A stretch of 64,000 bases of DNA, taken from an archaeon (GTDB taxonomy: Archaea; Nanobdellota; Nanobdellia; Pacearchaeales; GW2011-AR1). The stretch covers positions 5,050 through 69,049 of the forward strand of contig JBDRNU010000007.1 of NCBI GenBank assembly GCA_043810775.1, written 5' to 3'. Shown here one piece after another: positions 17,404-26,788 of this stretch (the first letter of the stretch is position 1; every line of letters begins with the position of its first letter). Made by a program: the position numbers and the translations under genes. The notes beneath the pieces are model-generated. The model saw only the letters and a list, made by a program, of their open reading frames with translations. It was not told the DNA's origin and made no database searches.

Positions 17404-18678
17404 TCACTCACCTGCAAATTCTATCATCTTAAAAATAGAATATTCCTTAAGTTTTTCCCTTCCTTTTAGCTCTGGAAGCTCAATAATAAACGCAATTTCC
17501 ACAATTTCCCCGCCCAGTCTCTCAATTAGCTTGCACGCAGCTTGTGCAGTTCCTCCAGTAGCAATTAAATCATCAACAAGCAGGACTCTCTGCCCGGGCT
17601 TGATAGCATCCTTATGAACCTCAATAGAGTCAGTTCCATACTCTAAGACATACTCCTGTCTCTCAACCTCACTAGGAAGCTTGCCGGGTTTTCTTAGCGG
17701 AACAAATCCTACACCAAGCTTCTCAGCCAGCATTCCCCCAAATATAAAACCTCTTGACTCAATTGCAGCTACAACGCCAATCTGCTTATTTTTGTATCTC
17801 TGGTAAAAAATTTCAGTTACCCTCTTTAGCCCTTCAGGGTCTTTTAGTAAAGTAGTTATGTCGCGAAACATAACTCCTTGTTTAGGCCAGTTAGGAATTG
17901 TTCTTATCCTGCTTTTCAAAAAATCCTGGTCTTTTCCCGAAAGTTTTTCTATGCTTTTTATAATTAATTTTTTAACTTTTTCTGAATTAGAATTCATTAT
18001 CTTCATAATTTCTTCCCAAGATACTGGAGCTTCATCTTGTTTCCAGCAGTCATAGTCAGTTGACATTGCAATTACACCATATTCAATCCCAGTTTCTTTT
18101 GCAAGAATAGCTTCAGGACTAGTTGACATATTAATTACATCTGCACCCCACTGTCTGAATATATTGCTTTCAGCTCTTGTTGAAAATCTTGGCCCTTCAA
18201 TTGTAACTACAGTTCCAACTTTATGGTGTTTAATTCCAAGTTCTTCGCATGCAGCTATAATCTGCTCCCTAATCTCTTTAGAAAAAGGTTCAGCAAGACT
18301 TACATGATTTATTCCTTTTTGAAAGTCATCATAAAAAGTTATTTCCCTATGTCTGGTAAAATCAATTAAGTCAGAAAGAATAACAAAATCCTCTCTCTGA
18401 ATTTCTTGTTTTAAGCTTCCTACCGCAGTTGTTGCAATAATATGCGAGCAACCTTCTTTAGCTAGCGCAAAAATATTAGCCCTGTTATTAACTTTAGTTG
18501 GAGTAATCTCATGATTCTTGCCGTGTCTTGAGAGAATACAAACCTCAGTTCCAGATATTTTTCCACAAACCAAACAGCTTGAAGGCTTGCCATATGGAGT
18601 TATAATTTCTTTTTCCTCATAATTCTCAACTAATTTAGGGTCCTCAAGTCCACTACCCCCAATAATTCCAATTTTCAT
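17404..18678 (-). CDS. mtnP/apt: Bifunctional fusion: 5'-methylthioadenosine/purine nucleoside phosphorylase (N-terminal) + adenine phosphoribosyltransferase (C-terminal)
   Basis: 424 aa. Residues 1 to ~248 are MTAP-like (MKIGIIGGSGL..., TIEGPRFSTRAES, VINMSTSPEA). Residues ~252-424 are APRT-like (LKSRIRTIPNWPKQGVMFRDITTLL, PRPP loop VLLVDDLIATGGTA). Confidence 0.9.
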   Translation of the reverse strand: MKIGIIGGSGLEDPKLVENYEEKEIITPYGKPSSCLVCGKISGTEVCILSRHGKNHEITPTKVNNRANIFALAKEGCSHIIATTAVGSLKQEIQREDFVILSDLIDFTRHREITFYDDFQKGINHVSLAEPFSKEIREQIIAACEELGIKHHKVGTVVTIEGPRFSTRAESNIFRQWGADVINMSTSPEAILAKETGIEYGVIAMSTDYDCWKQDEAPVSWEEIMKIMNSNSEKVKKLIIKSIEKLSGKDQDFLKSRIRTIPNWPKQGVMFRDITTLLKDPEGLKRVTEIFYQRYKNKQIGVVAAIESRGFIFGGMLAEKLGVGFVPLRKPGKLPSEVERQEYVLEYGTDSIEVHKDAIKPGQRVLLVDDLIATGGTAQAACKLIERLGGEIVEIAFIIELPELKGREKLKEYSIFKMIEFAGE

Positions 18679-18746
18679 CTTAGTCTTATTCTACACTAAA
18701 ACTTTAGCTTTAAATACATTATTTTTCTTCAGTATATAGAATTAAA

Positions 18747-20099
18747 ATGAAAATCCCTCATAAAAATCAAATAAGAAAGCCGACAAAGACACTTTCAGGA
18801 GTAACTCCAATTGCAGTTATGTCCAAGCCTAGAAAATGCTCTCACGGAACCTGCTTATACTGTCCTTCGCTAGAAGTTCCCCAATCTTATACGCCTTTAT
18901 CTCCTCCTGTAATCAGAGCTAAGATGCTTAATTATAATCCTTACGAGCAAGTTTGCTCTAGGCTAAAGGCCTTTAAGCTCATGAATCATCCAACAGAAAA
19001 AATCGAGCTAATAATAATGGGCGGAACTTTTCTGGCATTTCCTTACAAGTATCAGGAAAATTTTATTAAGCAATGCTACGACGCTTTAAACTCGAAAAAA
19101 TCTCACAATCTAGCTCAATCAAAAAAGCTAAATGAAAAAGCAAAGCATCGCTGTGTTGCCCTAGCTATGGAGACTCGTCCAGATTACTGCACCAATAAAC
19201 TTGTAAAGCAAATGTTAAAGTTCGGAGTTACAAGAGTTGAGCTTGGCGTTCAGGCTATTTCAGATAAAATTTATAAAAAAGTAAATAGAGGTCATACAGT
19301 CAAAGATGTAATCCTTGCCACTAAACTTCTCAAAGATTCAGGTTTTAAAGTAGGCTATCATATAATGCCTGGCCTTCCTTCAAGTAATCCTAAACTAGAC
19401 CTAAAAATGTTTAAAGAGCTTTTTTCAGATGAAAACTATCGTCCAGACCAGCTTAAAATATATCCCTGTCAGGTCATTAAAGGTTCAGCTCTGGAATCTA
19501 TGTACTTGCAGGGAAAATACAAGCCTTATACAAAAACTCAAACAGAAAAATTGCTGATTCAGATGTTTAAAGTTATTCCAGAATATACCCGAGTTATGAG
19601 AGTTATGAGGGAAATTCCCCCGGTATTTTTAAAAGCCGGAACAATTAGAATTGATTTGCGAAAAGATGTAGAAGCCTATCTAAGAAAGAAAAATATCAAA
19701 CTCAAAGAAATTCGCTTTAGGGAAATTGGATTTTCTGGCTCAAAAGACAGGAAAATCCAAATCAAAACTATAAATTATAATGCTAGTGGTGGAAAGGAAA
19801 TATTTATTCAGGCAGTTAATAAGGATAATATTATTTTTGGCTTGCTTAGGTTAAGAATTCTTAGAGATAGAGCTTTTATTCGAGAGCTTCATATTTATGG
19901 TAAATCTGCAGAAATTGGTAAGAAAGGAAAAATACAGCATACAGGTATTGGCAAGTCTCTGCTAAAAACAGCAGAAGAGCTAGTTAAAAAAGCTAAAATT
20001 AAAGATTTGTATATTATTTCAGGAGTGGGAGTCCGCGAGTATTATCGCAAGTTAGGCTACAAACTAAAAGATGAATATATGTTTAAGGAGATAGTTTAA
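18747..20099 (+). CDS. elp3: Elp3-family radical SAM / GNAT acetyltransferase (tRNA wobble-uridine modification)
   Basis: 450 aa. TLSGVTPIAVMSKPRKCSHGTCLYCP Fe-S motif. Radical SAM core (RVELGVQAISDKIY). C-terminal GNAT-like domain (HTGIGKSLLKTAEE). Confidence 0.85.
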   Translation: MKIPHKNQIRKPTKTLSGVTPIAVMSKPRKCSHGTCLYCPSLEVPQSYTPLSPPVIRAKMLNYNPYEQVCSRLKAFKLMNHPTEKIELIIMGGTFLAFPYKYQENFIKQCYDALNSKKSHNLAQSKKLNEKAKHRCVALAMETRPDYCTNKLVKQMLKFGVTRVELGVQAISDKIYKKVNRGHTVKDVILATKLLKDSGFKVGYHIMPGLPSSNPKLDLKMFKELFSDENYRPDQLKIYPCQVIKGSALESMYLQGKYKPYTKTQTEKLLIQMFKVIPEYTRVMRVMREIPPVFLKAGTIRIDLRKDVEAYLRKKNIKLKEIRFREIGFSGSKDRKIQIKTINYNASGGKEIFIQAVNKDNIIFGLLRLRILRDRAFIRELHIYGKSAEIGKKGKIQHTGIGKSLLKTAEELVKKAKIKDLYIISGVGVREYYRKLGYKLKDEYMFKEIV

Positions 20100-20111
20100 T
20101 AATTTCTATTA

Positions 20112-20357
20112 TTATTCTAAATTTATGCCTAAAATTTCGGCTATTAAGAATATGCCACCTATTACTAATAAAAATATTCCAATAGCAAGCATTAATTTTC
20201 TTCCCTTATTTTTTCCCAATTTTTCTTCAAAACTCTTGCCTTTAAACCCCTTGGGAATTGTTATGGTATGAGATTTAGAAAAGTAACTTCTAAAAATTAT
20301 TATTGCCAGTCCAATAACTATATTAATAATACCTCTTATTATATTCGAGCTAATCAT
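20112..20357 (-). CDS. Small membrane protein (two TM helices)
   Basis: 81 aa. Hydrophobic N- and C-terminal helices separated by a basic loop. Confidence 0.45.
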   Translation of the reverse strand: MISSNIIRGIINIVIGLAIIIFRSYFSKSHTITIPKGFKGKSFEEKLGKNKGRKLMLAIGIFLLVIGGIFLIAEILGINLE

Positions 20358-20434
20358 ATTAGTTAAATAAATTCATTTCTTTATAAATTTTAACTTAATC
20401 AGACAATTTAAAAAATTACAAGAAAAAAATAAAA

Positions 20435-20881
20435 TTAAGGAACTTCGTAACTGTCCATTATATCACACTGAAATACATCTGTTCCGTCAGGGTCTTTGAT
20501 TATAGGAGCAATCTTAACAAACTCTCCAGCTGCAAGCTGTACTCCTGACAGCACTATTGTCTTTGTCTCAAATATATCTAAATCATCTGAAACAGTTCCA
20601 TTATTCACTATACTGTCACTTCCGCCTGAACTCTTTATTACAACAATCTTGTAAAGTCTGCCCTCTCCAACACCTCTCTTAACAGTTATATTAGCATCAA
20701 CCCCATTATTTTGAGCGCTCGTTATATCCATACTAAGAGTAAAGCAGTCAGCAGATAAGGTTCCAGTTTCAGTTCTCTGAATCAAAGGGCTAATTACTTG
20801 CCAGATAATAATTACTGCAGTTATTGATAGAAGTATAATTAAGATAACAGTAACAATCTCGCTAACACCTTTTTTATTCAT
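20435..20881 (-). CDS. Archaeal type IV pilin-like protein (class III signal peptide), unlinked to the main locus
   Basis: MNKKGVSEIVTVILIILLSITAVIIIWQV. 148 aa. Confidence 0.7.
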   Translation of the reverse strand: MNKKGVSEIVTVILIILLSITAVIIIWQVISPLIQRTETGTLSADCFTLSMDITSAQNNGVDANITVKRGVGEGRLYKIVVIKSSGGSDSIVNNGTVSDDLDIFETKTIVLSGVQLAAGEFVKIAPIIKDPDGTDVFQCDIMDSYEVP

Positions 20882-20923
20882 ATTTAATGCCTCTTTTTAT
20901 TATTAATAATTTGAATTTATACT

Positions 20924-20937
20924 ATATAAACTTTACT
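20924..20937 (-). promoter_or_regulatory. Promoter-like element related to the filament-locus 14-mer (minus strand AGTAAAGTTTATAT)
   Basis: 12 of 14 positions match TTATAAACCTTACT. Lies 43-56 nt upstream of pilin ATG 20881. Confidence 0.3.
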
Positions 20938-20957
20938 ATCTCAATGGAAGTTTATTT

Positions 20958-22646
20958 TCACCTATGACCAAACCAAAACTCATTTCTGTCTTTATTATTA
21001 AGCTTGCAGAATCCAACTCTTTCAAACTGGATAATATCTTCACTCTTTAGTATGGAAATTCCAGATTCAGCCAGCCCCTCCACCCAGTTGCCTTCAGGCA
21101 TCAGAATCTTGGCATTTACTCCTTCTGAAACCCACTGAATTTTTTGAATATCTTTTCTGTCAGTGCCCTTGAACTTTGCTTCCAGCTTGCCGTCTTTTTC
21201 AATTTTTTTTCCAAGCTTAATATTAAAAAGATGCATTAATCTAATTTCCTGTCCTTTGAATTTTTCAAAATCCTCCCGCGAAATAAAAATCTTGCTGATT
21301 TTTACAGTCCGAGTCTCTTCTTTTTCAGGATGAACCTTTATATCCACGCTGCTTATTCCAATTTTTCCCAGCTCTTTATTTAGCTTTATCTCAATAGGGT
21401 CAGGAACAAAATAATATCTATACACTACAGGGTCAAGTTTTTTCCTGTTTATAGCATAAAGCGAGTCAACTGGCACAATTATATCATTTTCATTTAATCC
21501 TATGCTTTCAACAAACTCCCTTATTGATTCTGCAAAAATCCCCCTGTTCTTTAAAGAGTGAATGCTCCAGGTTCTTGGGTCATCCCATCCCATGAATTTC
21601 CCGCTTTCAACCTCTTTCTGAGCCTTGCTCTTAGATATCTTTGCGCCAACTCCTTCTAATTGAACTAATCCTGTATGAATTATTACCGGTGATTTCCACT
21701 TAAATATTTCCCAAATGTATTTTTCCATTTCAGTTTCAATCATAAGGTCCTTTCCCCTGATAATATGGGTAATTTTAAGCAAATGGTCATCTACTGCCCA
21801 GGAAAATTCCAGCATCGGCCAGACTCTATATTTTTTTCCAACTCTCGGATGCTCCTTGTCAGAAATCCTGAAAATAACCCTGTCCCGAAATGCTGGATTT
21901 GGATTCTGCATATCAGTTTTTATTCTTAAGGTAAAATCCCCCTGCTTAGCTTTAAACATTTTCTTCCACCTTTTTTTCTGCTCACTAACTGGAAACTGTC
22001 GGCAGCTGCACTCTACTCCTTTTGCTCGGTTTTCTCTAAGTTCTGCTTGAGGACAGCTGCAAACATAGGCTTTTCCTTTTTTAATTAATTCCTCAGCATA
22101 TTTATAATAAGTTTTCAGCCTAGAAGACTTGTAAATAATTTTTTTGTCATATTTAACTCCAAGCCACTTAAATGATTCCTGAATAAGATTGTATGCATCT
22201 TTATGCAGCCCTTTTGCATCACTTCCAATTGTGTCATCAAATACAAAAATAGTTTTTCCCTTGTAAGCTTCACCATAAATTGCATTTAGCAAATAAGTTT
22301 TGGCATTTCCAATATGCAAGTCCCCTGAAGGAAACGGTGCCAGCCTCAGAACTATCTTTCCTTTAACAGCATCAGGCAATGGTGCAAGTTCCTTGTCTTT
22401 TTTTTCAGGCTTTACAAGCAGGTCTTTGATTTTTTCAAGTTCAGATTCAAGTTTTTCTTTATTCAAGGAATTAACTTGCTTAACACTCTCTTTAATCAAG
22501 GGCATAATCTCTTTAATTTGTTCTTTCTTCAGGCCCTCTTTAAATAATCTTCCCAAAACCTTGTCTTCTCTGGCTTTTCCATATGAGGTGGCATTTTCAA
22601 TAGCATATGCATAAATCTTATTTTTAAAATTATCTAATTTTTCCAT
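20958..22646 (-). CDS. gltX: Glutamyl-tRNA synthetase (archaeal type)
   Basis: 562 aa. HIGH motif (PSGDLHIGNAKT). KMSKS-type loop (GAKISKSK). Archaeal GluRS-like C-terminal domains. Confidence 0.92.
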   Translation of the reverse strand: MEKLDNFKNKIYAYAIENATSYGKAREDKVLGRLFKEGLKKEQIKEIMPLIKESVKQVNSLNKEKLESELEKIKDLLVKPEKKDKELAPLPDAVKGKIVLRLAPFPSGDLHIGNAKTYLLNAIYGEAYKGKTIFVFDDTIGSDAKGLHKDAYNLIQESFKWLGVKYDKKIIYKSSRLKTYYKYAEELIKKGKAYVCSCPQAELRENRAKGVECSCRQFPVSEQKKRWKKMFKAKQGDFTLRIKTDMQNPNPAFRDRVIFRISDKEHPRVGKKYRVWPMLEFSWAVDDHLLKITHIIRGKDLMIETEMEKYIWEIFKWKSPVIIHTGLVQLEGVGAKISKSKAQKEVESGKFMGWDDPRTWSIHSLKNRGIFAESIREFVESIGLNENDIIVPVDSLYAINRKKLDPVVYRYYFVPDPIEIKLNKELGKIGISSVDIKVHPEKEETRTVKISKIFISREDFEKFKGQEIRLMHLFNIKLGKKIEKDGKLEAKFKGTDRKDIQKIQWVSEGVNAKILMPEGNWVEGLAESGISILKSEDIIQFERVGFCKLNNKDRNEFWFGHR

Positions 22647-22743
22647 TAATACATAAGAAAAAACACTTTATTAAAGATTTTATAACTACTATCTAGAGGC
22701 TACATACAGAAAGATTTATAAATATTAAAGTTATATTAAAACA

Positions 22744-23334
22744 ATGACATCTACTACTGATTGGAATGACCAGCTTATTAAATGGTATGATAGCCAGAAA
22801 GATTATGCAACAATTAAAGAATTAGCAGAAGCAACTGGAATTCCTAGGTCTACTCTTAGTGATTATCTCAATAAAAAAGCAACTAATCTTAAGAGAGTAG
22901 CTGATAAAAGAAAAGATTTATTATACAGAATCACAGGATTAGATGTTTTCAGAACTGGAGCACCATTAGAAGAAGACTCTAAGCCTTACAGTGAAGTTGG
23001 AGGTTATGAGCAGTTAATGGAAAAGTTTTCAGCAGCTGTCAGTGAATTATCTCAAATTGAGAAAATACTTTCCCAGAATTATCCAGAGAGAGTTAAGCAG
23101 ATAACTGCAAAACAAAGAGCATCTGATATTGTTGAATTATTTAAGGATGCAGCAGGATTAATATTATCTTTTAATACAGCAAGTAACAATGAAATTCAAA
23201 TTTTAATGGATAAATTAAAGGAAAACAGGGAAGTATATATGACCATAGTCAGGGCAGTTGGAGCATATGACCAAGAAAAACCAGAGCATGTTAGACCCAT
23301 ACTTAAATTACTCCCAGATAAACTAACAAAATAA
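22744..23334 (+). CDS. Putative HTH DNA-binding protein (first gene of the GHKL cassette)
   Basis: 196 aa. Helix-turn-helix-like segment TIKELAEATGIPRSTLSDYLNKK; the rest is helical. Stop and next start form TAAAATG. Confidence 0.5.
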   Translation: MTSTTDWNDQLIKWYDSQKDYATIKELAEATGIPRSTLSDYLNKKATNLKRVADKRKDLLYRITGLDVFRTGAPLEEDSKPYSEVGGYEQLMEKFSAAVSELSQIEKILSQNYPERVKQITAKQRASDIVELFKDAAGLILSFNTASNNEIQILMDKLKENREVYMTIVRAVGAYDQEKPEHVRPILKLLPDKLTK

Positions 23335-23335
23335 A

Positions 23336-25030
23336 ATGCCAAAATATGAAGATGTAAAGTTTGGAGAAAAAGGAGCTAGCAGGGCTCTTCTTCAGATAGC
23401 TAAACTTTATGATGCTGAGAGTGTTGTCAGAGAATATCTTACAAATTCATATGATGCTGCAATAGAAGGACTTCTTTTAAATGCAAGAGTAAGTGTAATT
23501 CCTGAACAAAAAAGATTAATATTCAGTGATAATGGCTGTGGAATGAGCCTTGAAAAACTAACATCATTAAGGTCAAGAATTGGTGAATCAGATAAAGTGG
23601 AGAGAGAAGATTTAAGGGGAAACAAAGGTTTAGGAATACTATCTTTTGCATCTGTAGGTGACATGGTGCATATAGTCTCAAGAGAAGCAGGAAATCCAAA
23701 TCAAGTTTATGGATATATGCAGTTTATAAATAAAAGCAATATAATTAAGGCATTTTCTGAGGCTGAAGAATTAGATATGGATAAGTTAGACCAGTTAGGA
23801 GGGTATTTTGATTTTGGAACAAGAATAATAATTGACTTAATAGACCCATATCATTTTGAAAAAAGAAAAGGAAGACAAAGTTTTGGTTCAGGAACATTTG
23901 GCCAGGCAAATCTGGTAAACTTACTATCAAGATTATACACACCAGCCTTAAGAAAACAAGATATATCTATTCTTGTAGAAAGAAAAAAAGATTTATTAAG
24001 CGGCAGAAAAACAAATGCAAAGCAGGTTGAACCAATAGAGTACAAAGGTGATATTCTTTTAGAAACTGAATTGGAATTTCAGGACATGGATAAGAAAATT
24101 GGACAAGATAAAAATCTAAAACTAGAATGTCTTTTGCTTTTTAACCCAAAGGCAGATACAAGCAAAGTAGCTGTATATTCAAGAAATGTATTAGTAAATA
24201 ATTCAGTAACTTTAATTCCAGGTTTTGAAAAGAACAAATTTTGGGGTTGCGGGAAGCTTAGTGGTTATGTAAATGATGAATTTGTAGACCTTAAATTAGC
24301 AAGAAAAGATATAGATACTCAATCAAGGGAATTTAGAATTTGGCTTGGTGGAATCGATCAGATTGAAGAACAACTTGGAAAAACAGTAGCAGATAGAATT
24401 TCAAGAGAGCCAAAAGATAAACATAAGCAGGATGAAAGAGTCAAGAGAGTATGGGATGCAATTACAGATACTTTAAAAAATCTTACACCACTGTATGATA
24501 CCCAATTATACGTAAGAGCAGGAAATAAAGGTGTGTTAAGAAGAGTTAGGGGAGTATCACCATCAATAGGTACTACTGATAATAAACAAAAAGACAAGAT
24601 TAATGATGATCCTTCTAAAGGAAAGCCAAGAAGAAAAAACAAAGTAAAAGGAAAAAAAGGCGGATTGTACGAGCCTGATGAAGGAGGAGAAGAAAAAAAA
24701 GTAGCACCAAAAACTAAAACTATAATTGAATGCCCTATACTATCTCGTTTTTCAGAAGAGGAATCTCATCTAAGAAGCAAGTTTGATACTAAATTAGGGG
24801 AGCCTGCAATTTATATTAGCAGTATTCATGAGGATTATCTTAGAAGTTTAAAAGATGAAAATAGCCAGTATAGATACCTTCTATACCATACATCAAAAGA
24901 ATTAGCCCACATAGAAGCAGCAAATATTCCAGAAGGATTGGTAATCACAAAAGAAGAAATTGCCAAAAATACTCTTCTTAGAGCAGAAGAAATTTATTTT
25001 CAGGCTATTTCAGCACTGAATATAAGATAA
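23336..25030 (+). CDS. GHKL-superfamily ATPase (Bergerat fold, MORC/HATPase_c_3-like) with an uncharacterised lysine-rich C-terminal half
   Basis: 564 aa. N box REYLTNSYDA, G1 box SDNGCGMS, G2 box GNKGLGILSFASVGD, followed by GTRIIIDL. Confidence 0.8.
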   Translation: MPKYEDVKFGEKGASRALLQIAKLYDAESVVREYLTNSYDAAIEGLLLNARVSVIPEQKRLIFSDNGCGMSLEKLTSLRSRIGESDKVEREDLRGNKGLGILSFASVGDMVHIVSREAGNPNQVYGYMQFINKSNIIKAFSEAEELDMDKLDQLGGYFDFGTRIIIDLIDPYHFEKRKGRQSFGSGTFGQANLVNLLSRLYTPALRKQDISILVERKKDLLSGRKTNAKQVEPIEYKGDILLETELEFQDMDKKIGQDKNLKLECLLLFNPKADTSKVAVYSRNVLVNNSVTLIPGFEKNKFWGCGKLSGYVNDEFVDLKLARKDIDTQSREFRIWLGGIDQIEEQLGKTVADRISREPKDKHKQDERVKRVWDAITDTLKNLTPLYDTQLYVRAGNKGVLRRVRGVSPSIGTTDNKQKDKINDDPSKGKPRRKNKVKGKKGGLYEPDEGGEEKKVAPKTKTIIECPILSRFSEEESHLRSKFDTKLGEPAIYISSIHEDYLRSLKDENSQYRYLLYHTSKELAHIEAANIPEGLVITKEEIAKNTLLRAEEIYFQAISALNIR

Positions 25031-25031
25031 A

Positions 25032-25778
25032 ATGAAAACTGAATTAAAAAAAATAATTGAAAAAGACAAGCAAAGTAAATTAAATTTTATCAGAGAAGAA
25101 ATTATCAACCCATTATACGAAGGAAAGATTTCTGATATAGAAAAGCTTGAAGTATTTTTAAAATTAATAGGTGAAAGCGTTAAAGACGGAACTCTTGAGC
25201 AGAGAATTCAGGCATTTAATAAATTTACTTCAGATGATGAAGCAATTAAATCTAAAGCAAGAGAAATAATTGAATCAGTCAAACCTAAAGAACCAAAAGT
25301 AATAGATTACCAGGTATATTGTAAAGCTATGGAAAATGGATATTCTGTTGAAGACTTAAAAAAATCATATCCAGACACTACATCAAGGCAATGGGGAGGA
25401 TTGAAGACAGCTTATCAGAAAAAAAAGAAAAAAGCTGAGGAAAAATTAGAAGATGCTCCAGCATCAGATGATTTAACATTTGAAGAATTTAGAAAACTGA
25501 TAGATCAAGGAAATCCTTATGAAACAATTATAAAAAATTATGCAACTGATCAAAAAGTAAAACTAAAAATTACAAGTTTTAAAGCTAAACTTACACAGCA
25601 GAAAAAACAAGAGCAAATTAACAATGATCCAAGGGAACCCCTCCATTATGGATTATACTGCAAATTAAGAAAGGAAGGATATTCAGAAGAAGAAATGTTA
25701 AAAGTCTATAAATCTCCTAAACCAAATTCTATGGTAGGGTTTAGAAGGCAATATAAATCAAGAGAATTAGGGAAATAA
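25032..25778 (+). CDS. Repeat protein with three copies of a ~45-aa module (YCK-x-x-x-x-GYS-type), unknown function
   Basis: 248 aa. Internal repeats DYQVYCKAMENGYSVEDLKKSY..., FEEFRKLIDQGNPYETIIKNY..., HYGLYCKLRKEGYSEEEMLKVY... TAAAATG junction with the upstream gene. Confidence 0.6.
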   Translation: MKTELKKIIEKDKQSKLNFIREEIINPLYEGKISDIEKLEVFLKLIGESVKDGTLEQRIQAFNKFTSDDEAIKSKAREIIESVKPKEPKVIDYQVYCKAMENGYSVEDLKKSYPDTTSRQWGGLKTAYQKKKKKAEEKLEDAPASDDLTFEEFRKLIDQGNPYETIIKNYATDQKVKLKITSFKAKLTQQKKQEQINNDPREPLHYGLYCKLRKEGYSEEEMLKVYKSPKPNSMVGFRRQYKSRELGK

Positions 25779-26123
25779 TTACTTCCCTTCAAACCTGTTT
25801 AGTTTTTTTTCAACCAAATCAATTCTGTCAATTAGCTTATCCACTCTTCTTAGCATTGATTCAAGCTTGAATTCAATATCTTCAACCTTGTTTTTCATGC
25901 TAGACTCTAATCCTGGTTTTTCAAGCTTGCTTCCAGAACTTGAGGCAAGTGCTCCAAGAAAATCCATGCCGCTGGTATCTTCACTAGAAACACTTGTTTT
26001 AGTTAAATCTAATTCTTCAACTTCTCTTTCAGGAGCCTTAATAATCCCCCTTTTATGAAGCATGCTTAAATCAATAACATCAGCCTTCTTTTTCTTCCAT
26101 AACATAACTATCTTAGCAATCAT
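25779..26123 (-). CDS. Hypothetical coiled-coil protein
   Basis: 114 aa. C-terminal heptad-like segment (VEDIEFKLESMLRRVDKLIDRIDLVEKKLNRF). Confidence 0.5.
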   Translation of the reverse strand: MIAKIVMLWKKKKADVIDLSMLHKRGIIKAPEREVEELDLTKTSVSSEDTSGMDFLGALASSSGSKLEKPGLESSMKNKVEDIEFKLESMLRRVDKLIDRIDLVEKKLNRFEGK

Positions 26124-26141
26124 AATTTTATAAATATATCG

Positions 26142-26738
26142 TTAATCTATATTGACAAAATCAGAAGAGTAATTAGGAATGCAGTCTCTTAAATTACCCT
26201 GATAATTTACCCAGTCAATGCCCAAATCATCCAAATTTATAAGTTTATAGGATTTATATTCATTAAATGATTTCACCAAATCACTAATTGTATCAAATGG
26301 CTTGCTGTTTTTTAATCTGTCTACATATCTCCACTTCTCGCTCTCTTTATAAATAAAAACAGCATGCCCGTATTTTCTTGTTCCTTGTGCATCATTTACT
26401 AAATTTTCACCATCTCTTTTATAAGGTTCCATATCCAGTATTAAGGGAGGATAGTCATTATCAGCAAGAACTCCTGCAGCAAGTATAGCCATTCCATCAC
26501 AGTCTTCCATCATTGTTTCAGCTGTTTTTGCCGGAGCCTGCCAGTAATCTTCAGCATTATGCATGTATAAATCATGGGAATATGCAACTGCATCAAGAAA
26601 ATAAGCGCAATCATCAGGAGTTTTAACAGTTTCTTGATATCTCTTGAAATAATCAAAATCCTCACTATGCCCTTTTAAAGGAAGCATGCTCAAAGCTGAA
26701 CATACTAATACAGCTGCCAAATTCTTTATTTTCCCCAT
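26142..26738 (-). CDS. Secreted protein, possible transglutaminase-like/papain-fold cysteine peptidase
   Basis: 198 aa. Signal peptide (MGKIKNLAAVLVCSALSMLPLKG). Candidate Cys-His-Asp triad context (EDCDGMAILAAG, YGHAVFIY, RYVD). GGAGGT SD upstream. Confidence 0.4.
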   Translation of the reverse strand: MGKIKNLAAVLVCSALSMLPLKGHSEDFDYFKRYQETVKTPDDCAYFLDAVAYSHDLYMHNAEDYWQAPAKTAETMMEDCDGMAILAAGVLADNDYPPLILDMEPYKRDGENLVNDAQGTRKYGHAVFIYKESEKWRYVDRLKNSKPFDTISDLVKSFNEYKSYKLINLDDLGIDWVNYQGNLRDCIPNYSSDFVNID

Positions 26739-26788
26739 AATTATACCTCCATGCAGGGAATTTTTAAATTTATCGCTAGCCAGAATAT

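Noticed and set aside
23336-25030. Topoisomerase VI subunit B as the identity of the GHKL ATPase
   Set aside because: The G2 region (GNKGLGILSFASVGD) looks more like the MORC/HATPase_c_3 type. No transducer-like C-terminus was recognised. There is no adjacent Top6A/Spo11-like (Toprim) gene; the neighbours are an HTH protein and a repeat protein. A profile search should still confirm this.
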